The notes: generated by a model not told the origin, from the letters alone. A stretch of 64,000 nt of DNA from an uncultured Clostridia bacterium (GCA_944384925.1 CALWVF010000039.1:32087-96086), one strand, 5' to 3'. Positions 28,501 to 35,980 are shown, numbered from the stretch's first letter. Numbers and translations are program-made.

Positions 28501-28706
28501 ATGTTCAGTTTGACAGCAATGTTGATAGGTTTATTAATGGATATGATGGTGGTATAGAACGTGTTGCAAATTTAAGGAAAGATATTCTTATCACTGATTT
28601 TTCTAAGGTGAAACCCTACCCTAGTAACTTTTGTGACTATTGTATTGCTAGAGATATTTGTATGGGAGGAAAAGAGTCACAGAAGGTTGTGGAGGTGATA
28701 GATTGA
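25503..28706 (+). CDS. AddB-like protein: degenerate helicase-like N-terminal region + C-terminal iron-staple PD-(D/E)XK-type nuclease domain
   Basis: 1067 aa. Vestigial P-loop (IFGKKTS). C-terminal Cys tetrad FPLCPKLYYH ... CDYCIARDIC (C-Xn-CxxCxxxxxC), as in AddB/Cas4/Dna2. The catalytic (D/E)xK motif was not cleanly identified. Confidence 0.6.
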   Translation: MKIIESNDIFGKKTSSLLKEQLEASKNFIYISVVSNIYNERCKTNPFFKSLEINCNTFKSKNDFESFITKQVRKQKSYLPLVDMYFILKRLIDSYFNENESKHTLFKTLYYKLFELYKFLIFHDIEKIDNETLQYIKKKYSDSYFTIFDIYNKYIDIVNQIINYVNSCEQNQIHYKIQKLNVSLFIKKSEAIPFNTFISRQKEEINNILKNIDTLYLDGFIAFNDFDKYIISTAQKLNKEIVFITKNLHDDINYEFLLNNVYGYGINQNIENIILSENENGTTNSIDYVRNNIYTHNINISRDKSDLIDDGGINFIYPFLNRNEEIKYIVNSISEIIQKEIKSGNVEHITDLIENDILIVSAVNKDLMAKHFDNQFTKVGLFVFDKIPEGLFEKEIDINTFKNIYYNIKDFLSDNVSYKDGTALNNQEKLVLFYKAFFRIKVPTRLDSLFSSPILDFIFQLYSISNEGITIEKFKAILFSNWYYHVGIDNIKWDTFLGAFCQIELYFENKASLKEWIDEIVRIIKLSENIKDDDKYKFHPFNSVSHYDLKQLLSIMRELDSLCVMLSSAPSDLNSHISLLKDKIIYSNRMFELEDDKLTDSQKIIKEFCNILNNFTSDSSVQNLDSDFFIKHLKNILSSIEVEEESNKHNFNLQIQNMLNLKHYKYVFFMGLENEEYPRKHENIFPFNQDIIDIIRLLKINSYNIDIYDHNLLMENFFFKNVLDFTEKHIWFTCSQYEGKRKNHFSIYAEEISTSFNHELSFTPPYIDKENHNSTNITKSKTIKAIDKKVYPLKELVTFPLCPKLYYHLYVNPIPLYYKSKIHLKMYAEAVMYADLMERFMTYNLLNKKWYTSNSDESFKILDDLSEISINEIKKYFGFLRIPDFDQIKKRVPFRIKRIIEDYIIKNLKYHTYTIVKSNGKVYPCGGFDVKLEYDTAIFSNEKGSRKIDQNKIFLDFLTLKCTAREVKEKHYKDMLNLLNSKNRYLDRIFYANRMISKINVQFDSNVDRFINGYDGGIERVANLRKDILITDFSKVKPYPSNFCDYCIARDICMGGKESQKVVEVID

Positions 28707-30787
28707 AATATACTGATTTAAATAATAATGAAGTTTTATTGACTAATGCACAATTAGAAGTGATAAAAAATGATACATACCCTTTATATATTACTGCCCA
28801 AGCTGGAACTGGCAAAACTGAAACTCTAATTCAAAAAGTTTTATATATCCTTGAACATGATAATAATGCAAGCCTTAAAAATATGGTTATAATCTCTTTT
28901 ACCAATAAAGCAACTGATGAATTAAAGCAAAGGATTTTTTATAGTCTTTATCGTAAAAGCTTATTATACTATAGAGACGGCAAAATAGGCACTGCAAATA
29001 GATTAAAAAATGAAGCATACATGGTTAATATTTCTAATATATCAACTATACATGTTTTCTGTGAAAGCTTATTGCGTGAATATGGGATACATATAAACTG
29101 CTCCCCCACATATAAAACTTCATTATCTTCAATTAAAGTAAATGATATAATCAGTAATATTGTTAGGCAAGCATATTCAAAAGAAAACGTCCAAGAAATT
29201 CCTGAAATAACAATGATATCATTAATATCTAAAATACTCGAATATAATAATAACTGCGGAATATACACAGTTAATAACATATACAGAAATACTCAAACTC
29301 CTCTAGGAAAACTAAGAAGCAAATTTATTGATATATATAATGAAGTTGTTTTGGAACTTGAAAACACTAAGTTAAGCCGGAATCTATTAAGTTTAAATGA
29401 TTCTATTATCAAAACTACTGAACTTCTAAAGAATGAATATGTAAGAGAAAAAGTAAAGTCAAAGTATAAATATATATTTATAGACGAATATCAAGATACA
29501 AATACTCCTCAATATAATTTAACAAAAGAACTAATTGATATAGGTATAAATGTATTTCTCGTTGGTGATGAAAAACAGGCTATATATGAATTTAGAGGTT
29601 CAGGAATAGAGAACTCTAAACAAATGCATAAATACATATCAAAATTCAATAATGTACAATTATCATTAAATGAAAATTTTAGGAGTGACCCAAATGTTAT
29701 AAAAGCTATTAATCATATCTTTACTAGCAATATTAAATTCTATAATAAATTAGTTGGTTTCGACAAATCACCATTATCCATACCAAACTGCAAAGAGATA
29801 TCAGAAGACAACCCTGTATGGATAGATTCAAAAAATAATATAATAGATATAATAAAAAAAATTAAAAAAGAAAAAACCATTAGATGTAATCCTATTAGCT
29901 ATAGTGATATTGCGATTCTTTGCCGTAATAATTATATGATTGACAGTATTGGAGAAGCTTGTAAATCTGCTGGTATCCCTGTAGAAATTATAGGAGGACG
30001 TAGCTTTTATAAAACAAAAGAGGTAATAGACATTTATAAATTTTTTAACTATATCATATATAAGCGTGATGAATATAAAAAGGAACTATATTTAACCGAT
30101 GCATACAATTCATTTATTAATTATGACTGTGGTAACTTTGATGAATTTTTAAACAGCTTATGTGAAAATTCCAAAAACAATTCTGCTAATGATGTAATAG
30201 ATTACATAATTAATAACACCATGCTAGAACAGTATTACATGAATAATAATTCATATCAAGCTATTTCAAATTTATCAAAATTAAGTGCTATAGCGAACAA
30301 TACTTTAAATACAAATTTCACTTCTGCACTTAACTTTTTAGATTTCATAGCAAGGAAAATAAATCATGAAGCCGAAGAGGACGAAGCTCCTATATCTGAA
30401 AACAATAGAAAAAAAGGAGTTGTTTCCTTATATACAATACATAAATCAAAGGGCTTGTCCTTCCCTATAGTAATTATAGCTAACACGGATAAAGCATTAT
30501 TAAATCCAAAGAAATTCCCAAAAGTCATAATGGAATGTAAAGATGGTAAAACAGCAGTCGGATTCAGTGAGACAATTATTGGTAAAGAGGATATACAGTA
30601 TAAAAAATTATTAGATATGCGTATATCAAAACTTATAGAAGAAGAATTACGGTTACTGTACGTTGCTTGCACAAGAGCTAAACATATGTTAGTTTTTTCC
30701 TCTAACACATCTATTGACAAATATGGTCAACAATTACCAGATTCATGGTTAAAATGGATTATAGAATCAGGATATTTTAATACATAG
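28703..30787 (+). CDS. UvrD/AddA-type SF1 helicase (no nuclease domain)
   Basis: Probable TTG start at 28703 (GGAGGTGA SD, TTGA overlap with the upstream stop); the track ORF starts at 28658. Motifs AQAGTGKTETL, FIDEYQDTN, VGDEKQAIYEFRGS, NFRS, TIHKSKGLSFPIV, LLYVACTRAK. Confidence 0.8.
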   Translation: MKYTDLNNNEVLLTNAQLEVIKNDTYPLYITAQAGTGKTETLIQKVLYILEHDNNASLKNMVIISFTNKATDELKQRIFYSLYRKSLLYYRDGKIGTANRLKNEAYMVNISNISTIHVFCESLLREYGIHINCSPTYKTSLSSIKVNDIISNIVRQAYSKENVQEIPEITMISLISKILEYNNNCGIYTVNNIYRNTQTPLGKLRSKFIDIYNEVVLELENTKLSRNLLSLNDSIIKTTELLKNEYVREKVKSKYKYIFIDEYQDTNTPQYNLTKELIDIGINVFLVGDEKQAIYEFRGSGIENSKQMHKYISKFNNVQLSLNENFRSDPNVIKAINHIFTSNIKFYNKLVGFDKSPLSIPNCKEISEDNPVWIDSKNNIIDIIKKIKKEKTIRCNPISYSDIAILCRNNYMIDSIGEACKSAGIPVEIIGGRSFYKTKEVIDIYKFFNYIIYKRDEYKKELYLTDAYNSFINYDCGNFDEFLNSLCENSKNNSANDVIDYIINNTMLEQYYMNNNSYQAISNLSKLSAIANNTLNTNFTSALNFLDFIARKINHEAEEDEAPISENNRKKGVVSLYTIHKSKGLSFPIVIIANTDKALLNPKKFPKVIMECKDGKTAVGFSETIIGKEDIQYKKLLDMRISKLIEEELRLLYVACTRAKHMLVFSSNTSIDKYGQQLPDSWLKWIIESGYFNT

Positions 30788-30887
30788 TTTTTGTTAATGT
30801 CTAACCTTTGTAGCTTTAGCTACAAAACCAAACGGAGTGAACGTATGTGAACGTAGTGCGGTAGAACTGTACATGTATCTAAAAAAT

Positions 30888-30954
30888 AAAAAGAGGACAT
30901 AATTAAGGCATAATATATATATTATATATTTACCCTTAAAGTTGTCCTTTTTTT
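30888..30954. terminator. Long imperfect hairpin between convergent genes (bidirectional terminator)
   Basis: AAAAAGAGGACA...TGTCCTTTTTTT arms with an AT-palindromic loop. A-run on the left and T-run on the right. Confidence 0.55.
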
Positions 30955-30967
30955 ATTTATGCAATTA

Positions 30968-31888
30968 TCATGTGATTTTGCCAATAAATCCATTAACTTT
31001 TCTTTTTAAATTATTTTTTGTTGGTCTGGTATATTTAAATGTTGTTTCGACTGATTTATGCCCTGCAAAATAAGCTATTTCATGAAGTTTTCCATCCTGC
31101 TCCAGTCCGTTTGTACAAAACCAATGCCTTAACTCATGTGGATGAATTTTTTTATTATACCTTTTAAATATCCTATTAATGCCTGATGTAGAAAGTTTAT
31201 CTGATTTTCTACTAATGAATACATATGGTGAATTTACATGCGCTCCATAATTTAATTTATTCCGTTCATTCTTTAGATACTTTTGCAATATCTTAGTACA
31301 CTCCATATCTAAATATACTGTTCTTTGTTTTTCTCCTTTCCCTGAATGTATCACAATTTCTTTTTTACTTAAATTCACATCTTCAAGTTCAATACATGCC
31401 ATTTCTTGTACTCTTAATCCTGTACATGCTAATAAATAAGCCATAGCATAATTTCTTAGATTATTGTCTTTTTTTAAATTACTTAAAAACTCCATTACTT
31501 CCCACTTTTCTACATCTGTAGGATTCAGGTATTCAGTTTGTACTTTTATCATATCTCTTTTTATTATTACTATTTCAACCATTTTTCCTATGTCAATCAA
31601 ATACTCATTATAACGCTTTAATACTGATAGTTTATGATTGATTGTCTTAGCATTTTGACGTAAACTCTCTTTAAGATACCTTTTATATAATAAAATATCA
31701 TCCCTTTTTAAATCTCTAATCATTCCAACATTGTTATACTGCCATTTATAATATAGGTTAAGTTCTATTCCATAGCTTTTAATAGTGTTTTCAGAGTAGG
31801 AATTACTTTTTAAATATTCTGTAAAGCCTCTAATACACCTCATTATGTCTTGATTAACACATGTTTCTATTTTATTATTTGTATCCAA
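30968..31888 (-). CDS. Tyrosine recombinase (XerC/D-phage integrase family)
   Basis: 306 aa. ACTGLRVQE (Arg I), HELRHWF (HxxR), AGHKSVETTFKYT (His/Tyr). Confidence 0.8.
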   Translation of the reverse strand: MDTNNKIETCVNQDIMRCIRGFTEYLKSNSYSENTIKSYGIELNLYYKWQYNNVGMIRDLKRDDILLYKRYLKESLRQNAKTINHKLSVLKRYNEYLIDIGKMVEIVIIKRDMIKVQTEYLNPTDVEKWEVMEFLSNLKKDNNLRNYAMAYLLACTGLRVQEMACIELEDVNLSKKEIVIHSGKGEKQRTVYLDMECTKILQKYLKNERNKLNYGAHVNSPYVFISRKSDKLSTSGINRIFKRYNKKIHPHELRHWFCTNGLEQDGKLHEIAYFAGHKSVETTFKYTRPTKNNLKRKVNGFIGKIT

Positions 31889-31944
31889 TTTCTTATTTAT
31901 ATTATACTTTAGTTTAGGTATAACTATCCCCTCTCATTCTTCAT

Positions 31945-32787
31945 TTAATTTATATCCACTTCCTCTAGCAAATTCTGAACAGCATTTATAACATCGTTCC
32001 ACGTTATATCGCTTGCATAGTTATATTCGTTTCTATACCTCTCCCATAGATTTTTAAGTGTTTCATCATTTTTTATTCTGTTCATATCTAAATCTAAGTT
32101 TGAAAATAAAACACTTGAATTTCTTGCCTCTGACGTAGCTTTTATTGCTTTTGAAAGTAGTTCTTTGTCAATAGTCCCTCCATATATTTTTTGCAGTATG
32201 TAAATATCATAAAAGTCTCTCATTCTTGTATTCGATATATTTCTTGATATTACTGTTTCAATCTTCTCCGCTAATACTGTTTCTAAAGTATAAGCAAGTA
32301 TATGTATTTTTCTTTCTTCAAACAATAGATTAAAACTATATGATATTTCTTTAGGTGTTATTTTATCGCCAGTTGTAACGTCAACTTTAATAGGAATTTT
32401 AATACCATCAAATGTTGTGTCTATAGTTAATCTTAGCCCCGTGTAGTCAGCTTCCTCTCTGATATCTTTTATGTCTCGTACCTTCATCAAAACCCCATCA
32501 TTAACTTGTATTGAAAGAATTTCATCAAACGCTTTTCTAATGGATTCCTCTGTTAATTTATATCCCTTTATTGTTGCATCTAAATCCATAGTTGAACGTG
32601 TGTCTATTCCCACTAATGCGGCTACCAGCATACCACCCTTTAATATAAAGTTTGTTTGATATTTTGATAATGATATTCTTTCAAGTAATCTTTCAAGCAT
32701 ATAGTTCCTCAAAATAATTTGTGCATTTATATCTTTCTCTTTAGCCATGTTGCGTATTATCGCCTTTAGCTGTCTTGATGATTTCAA
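31945..32787 (-). CDS. abiEii: AbiEii/AbiGii-family nucleotidyltransferase toxin (type IV TA)
   Basis: 280 aa. N-terminus LKAIIRNMAKEKDINAQIILRNYMLERLLERIS and FILKGGMLV...STMDLDATI (GG + DxD NTase motif). Confidence 0.8.
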   Translation of the reverse strand: MKSSRQLKAIIRNMAKEKDINAQIILRNYMLERLLERISLSKYQTNFILKGGMLVAALVGIDTRSTMDLDATIKGYKLTEESIRKAFDEILSIQVNDGVLMKVRDIKDIREEADYTGLRLTIDTTFDGIKIPIKVDVTTGDKITPKEISYSFNLLFEERKIHILAYTLETVLAEKIETVISRNISNTRMRDFYDIYILQKIYGGTIDKELLSKAIKATSEARNSSVLFSNLDLDMNRIKNDETLKNLWERYRNEYNYASDITWNDVINAVQNLLEEVDIN

Positions 32788-33407
32788 AGTAATACCTCCA
32801 TGTAATGCCTAACTTGATTTTCTACTCCCATTTTTTTTGCGTATTCAAACAATCTAGGAATATTTTTATTTTTGCTTTTTGAGTATGTTTGAAGTGAGCT
32901 ATTAAAAATACTACTCTCTATCCTACTTCTGCTCCTAACTACATCACAAATGGTTCTCTCCATGTCATATGCTTTAACAATGTTTCCATAAACAGTTTTC
33001 TTTTCTATAATTCCTAAATTGTAAAGTTCTCCTTTTATAGTGTATACCTTTGCTCCATATTTTTTTATCTTAGAGTACCCATACCCTGTTTTAACAGTAA
33101 CAGAATAATGTAAGGGGTCTCTATCTGTTAATTCATGGAGATATAATGCTGTCTCGTGAGAAAAAACAGATTGCTTGTACTTTACTTGAAGTATATACAT
33201 CTCGTCCTCTAAAACATCTGTCAAGACATATATTCCCCTCTCTACACGCTCAATTTCTCCTAATTTAACTAGCTTTGACAAACACTTATCTGAAATATTC
33301 ATCTCTCTTACTTGCCTTGCTAATATTAGTCCATTATTTTCTTTAATCATTCTTCTTAAAAAATCAACTTGATTCAAAAAAATCATCTCCTCTGCGTAAA
33401 TGTACAT
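32784..33407 (-). CDS. abiEi: AbiEi-family antitoxin/transcriptional regulator
   Basis: ATGA overlap with abiEii. N-terminal wHTH GLILARQVREMNISDKCLSKLVKLGEIERVERGIYVL. The true start may be TTG ~33377 after GAGGAG. Confidence 0.75.
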   Translation of the reverse strand: MYIYAEEMIFLNQVDFLRRMIKENNGLILARQVREMNISDKCLSKLVKLGEIERVERGIYVLTDVLEDEMYILQVKYKQSVFSHETALYLHELTDRDPLHYSVTVKTGYGYSKIKKYGAKVYTIKGELYNLGIIEKKTVYGNIVKAYDMERTICDVVRSRSRIESSIFNSSLQTYSKSKNKNIPRLFEYAKKMGVENQVRHYMEVLL

Positions 33408-33419
33408 ATATTAATTTTT

Positions 33420-33485
33420 AAATATGCCTGTTAATTAACATTGTCTGTACACATACATATATTATAAATCAAATATGCCTATTTA
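33420..33485 (-). promoter_or_regulatory. abiE promoter region with two direct repeats AAATATGCCTnTT (candidate AbiEi operators)
   Basis: Copies at 33420-33433 and 33471-33485, flanking a TATAAT (minus strand, ~33462-33467). Confidence 0.45.
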
Positions 33486-33499
33486 CGCAAGAGCGAATC

Positions 33500-33760
33500 T
33501 TAGATAGGCTTTCTTTCATACTTCCAGCCATCTAACAATATTAAACACTTTATATCAATATCGTAAAACTTAGATAGCCTAATCAGAGTAAAGAGGTCTG
33601 GAAGTGTTTTTGAACATTCATAGTAAGTATATGCCGAACGGTCAATCCATAAAAACTTTGCAACTGTAGATTGTGTGATATTATTATTGTCCCTTATCTT
33701 TCTCAAATTCTTTGCCAATTCTTCTTTAGACATTACATATCTTTCTTTATATAATCTCAT
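33500..33760 (-). CDS. XRE-family HTH transcriptional regulator
   Basis: NLRKIRDNNNITQSTVAKFLWIDRSAYTYYE (HTH_3 pattern). The start may be the internal ATG at 33733. Confidence 0.7.
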   Translation of the reverse strand: MRLYKERYVMSKEELAKNLRKIRDNNNITQSTVAKFLWIDRSAYTYYECSKTLPDLFTLIRLSKFYDIDIKCLILLDGWKYERKPI

Positions 33761-33904
33761 TTTTATTTTCTCCTATATAATTTAACTTTTAATTTGCACA
33801 ATGCCATTTTAAGTCTTAATATTAACCTTAATTTATAATTTGCCAATCTAATGAAAAATGTTGTTATTACAATACTAAACGATAGTGATAAAAATTTTAT
33901 TATA

Positions 33905-34498
33905 TTATCCATTACCTTTAATATTTTTTCTAATAGGTGATAAAATGGCTATACCGTTTTCACTTTCAAGAATTGCTGGTGATAATTCATTTGTCTGTGA
34001 CTGTCTAAAAATTATATTCCCGCCTAAAATATCATAACAATTAAGTATGTATTCTGCATTGTATAGGCTTATTCCTAAGTTGTATTGACATGTAGGATAT
34101 TTTCTTCCATATTTAGCTTTATGAATTTTAAAGGCTACTTTTATATCTTTAATATCTACGTTTATTTCGTTATTAGCATTTACATCTTTTAAAACTGTGT
34201 GTAAATCAAGATTTTGTTTTTCATTTTTTGGTAATCCCTCAATTTTATTCTTTAGAATAAATGCAGTATAACCGTCTGAGAAACACTGCTTATCCTGTTC
34301 TTCCCATGTTCCGTTAAATCCTGCAATACACCGCTTTTCTATGTTTTTTATGTACCTTTGTACGGCTTTAAATCGTTTTAATTCTTTGTTGCCTCCTTTT
34401 TCTTTTATAACTTGCCCTTTTATTTCTAATTTAGCAAGTCTTATTATTTCATCAACATTATTATTTGACACTAACTCTAATACTTTACATGCGTTCAT
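33905..34498 (-). CDS. Hypothetical protein
   Basis: 197-aa ORF in the minus-strand operon 35764->33500. Confidence 0.4.
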   Translation of the reverse strand: MNACKVLELVSNNNVDEIIRLAKLEIKGQVIKEKGGNKELKRFKAVQRYIKNIEKRCIAGFNGTWEEQDKQCFSDGYTAFILKNKIEGLPKNEKQNLDLHTVLKDVNANNEINVDIKDIKVAFKIHKAKYGRKYPTCQYNLGISLYNAEYILNCYDILGGNIIFRQSQTNELSPAILESENGIAILSPIRKNIKGNG

Positions 34499-34518
34499 TT
34501 TTATCTTCCCTTTCTACA

Positions 34519-34902
34519 CTAAGCTATTTTATTATTATTTTTATGCCACTTTAGTCCACGTGCTTTGTAAAGTGGCATCCAATGTTCCGAATAAAAATCG
34601 TAACCAGCTCCGTCTATACCAAATAGGATGCCTAAATCATCTTGTTCATAAACTCTAAAACCACATTTTTGCATTATATTAATATTATCTCTTGCCCATT
34701 CTTCATCAATGCTGTCTCCAAAAGTCCATAAAGTTCCCCACATAGGCAAAAAGTTGGTGTATTCATCTTCCGTGTATGTTAATTCGTATATACTATTAAT
34801 GTCATATTTACAAATTTTTTCAATAATGCTATATGGAATAGCATTGAACTCTCTAACCCATTCGTGGGTAGCGTCCTTTATTGTATTTATATTTTTTTGC
34901 AT
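34519..34902 (-). CDS. Conserved hypothetical protein (PMWGTLW...GIDGAGYDFY motif family seen on mobile elements)
   Basis: 127 aa. The motif string LPMWGTLWTF...CGFRVYEQDDLGILFGIDGAGYDFYSEHWMPLY looks like a conserved family, but I cannot name it. Confidence 0.45.
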   Translation of the reverse strand: MQKNINTIKDATHEWVREFNAIPYSIIEKICKYDINSIYELTYTEDEYTNFLPMWGTLWTFGDSIDEEWARDNINIMQKCGFRVYEQDDLGILFGIDGAGYDFYSEHWMPLYKARGLKWHKNNNKIA

Positions 34903-35522
34903 AAAAATTCTCCTTTCAATTTTGAGGCGGTTGTGATATAATAAACATGCAACTGCCTATATTTTAGCTTTTGTTGGTTAATTATTTGCTGTTGTGTCGC
35001 CGTCCACTGGTCGTAACAGTTGGGCGGCATTTTTTTGTCCTTTTCAACCTTGACACTTCCATATTTTGTACGTATTTCATTAAGTGTTGTCTTCCCTTGT
35101 GAACGTGTATGGTCCTCTGGTCTATGCCAACTCCATGCCTTTTTATTTTTACACCACCTAAATTTAAGTTTGGTTAATTCCTTTTTATAACTTTTTGTGT
35201 TACCTGTTATCCATATCCACCTTCCTATGAGTTCTACTATTATACCTTCCATATTTACAAGCATCGACATTATATTTCTAAATTCTTCTGGTGTTTCACT
35301 TACTGGTTTTTTATCTTTGTAAACTTCCCCTTTTGAATTTTTAAATACATTTTTAAGTTGTTTAAAAATTTCATCATACTGTGTATTAATTTGTTTCATT
35401 GTTTCTACTGCATTCTCTTCTTTGCTTACGTCCGGATGATATTTAAAACATAATTCTCTATACGTTTCTTTCAGTTCTTCAATACAAGAACAGTTATTAA
35501 AAAACTCCATTTTTATTTTCAA
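34887..35522 (-). CDS. J-domain (DnaJ-like) protein
   Basis: YRELCFKYHPDVSKEE (HPD motif) within an N-terminal ~60-aa helical domain. The start may be ATG 35510. Confidence 0.65.
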   Translation of the reverse strand: MKIKMEFFNNCSCIEELKETYRELCFKYHPDVSKEENAVETMKQINTQYDEIFKQLKNVFKNSKGEVYKDKKPVSETPEEFRNIMSMLVNMEGIIVELIGRWIWITGNTKSYKKELTKLKFRWCKNKKAWSWHRPEDHTRSQGKTTLNEIRTKYGSVKVEKDKKMPPNCYDQWTATQQQIINQQKLKYRQLHVYYITTASKLKGEFLCKKI

Positions 35523-35542
35523 ATCCTCCTTTCAAGAATATA

Positions 35543-35764
35543 TTAAGCTATTTTCATTTCATCTTCTAAATATTTAGAAAGGTCTTTCGCTTCCTCAAAA
35601 TTATAAAAATACTTTTTATAAGTGTATGTGCTTTGTGTTTGTAGTTTCTTATCCCTTGGTAAGTACTTCCTTTTACTAAATTTCTCCTTAACACTGTATT
35701 CCATTCTAGTACTTCCATCATCCTTTCTGGATAAGACAACAACTAATTCATAGTATTTAAGCAT
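35543..35764 (-). CDS. Hypothetical small protein
   Basis: 73-aa first gene of the leftward operon. Confidence 0.4.
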   Translation of the reverse strand: MLKYYELVVVLSRKDDGSTRMEYSVKEKFSKRKYLPRDKKLQTQSTYTYKKYFYNFEEAKDLSKYLEDEMKIA

Positions 35765-35871
35765 TTTATATTTGTCCTTTCTTGTTTAAGTTTTTATACT
35801 GTAATAAGAATATCAACTGTCGCTCTCCACCGTTTTGGTATCTCTTTATTACATTTATTATTATATACTAT

Positions 35872-35928
35872 CATCAGTATATTGTCAATAATATTAAACA
35901 TAGATAATATACTGATGCGAGTATATTA
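35872..35928. promoter_or_regulatory. Operator-like 12-bp inverted repeat plus third half-site in the divergent promoter region
   Basis: CATCAGTATATT (35872-35883) and AATATACTGATG (35906-35917). Additional GAGTATATT at 35920-35928. Confidence 0.5.
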
Positions 35929-35950
35929 TTTTGTGCAATATATTTAATGT

Positions 35951-35980
35951 TTGACTGCTAATTCTCATTTATGGTATTAT
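35951..35980 (+). promoter_or_regulatory. Sigma-A-type promoter for the 36013 gene
   Basis: TTGACT (35951-35956), 18-nt spacer with TG at 35972-35973, TATTAT (35975-35980). Confidence 0.6.

Noticed and set aside
25503-30787. Host housekeeping addAB/rexAB recombination genes
   Set aside because: The pair lies inside the prophage and is translationally coupled to the desulfurase and the DndC-like gene. The helicase lacks the AddA nuclease domain, so this is not a canonical AddAB locus.
30807-30826. Palindrome TTTGTAGCT-TT-AGCTACAAA as the operon terminator
   Set aside because: It has no T-tract and a 2-nt loop. The larger hairpin at 30888-30954, with flanking A/T runs, is the more plausible terminator. 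The palindrome is kept only as a possible protein-binding site.
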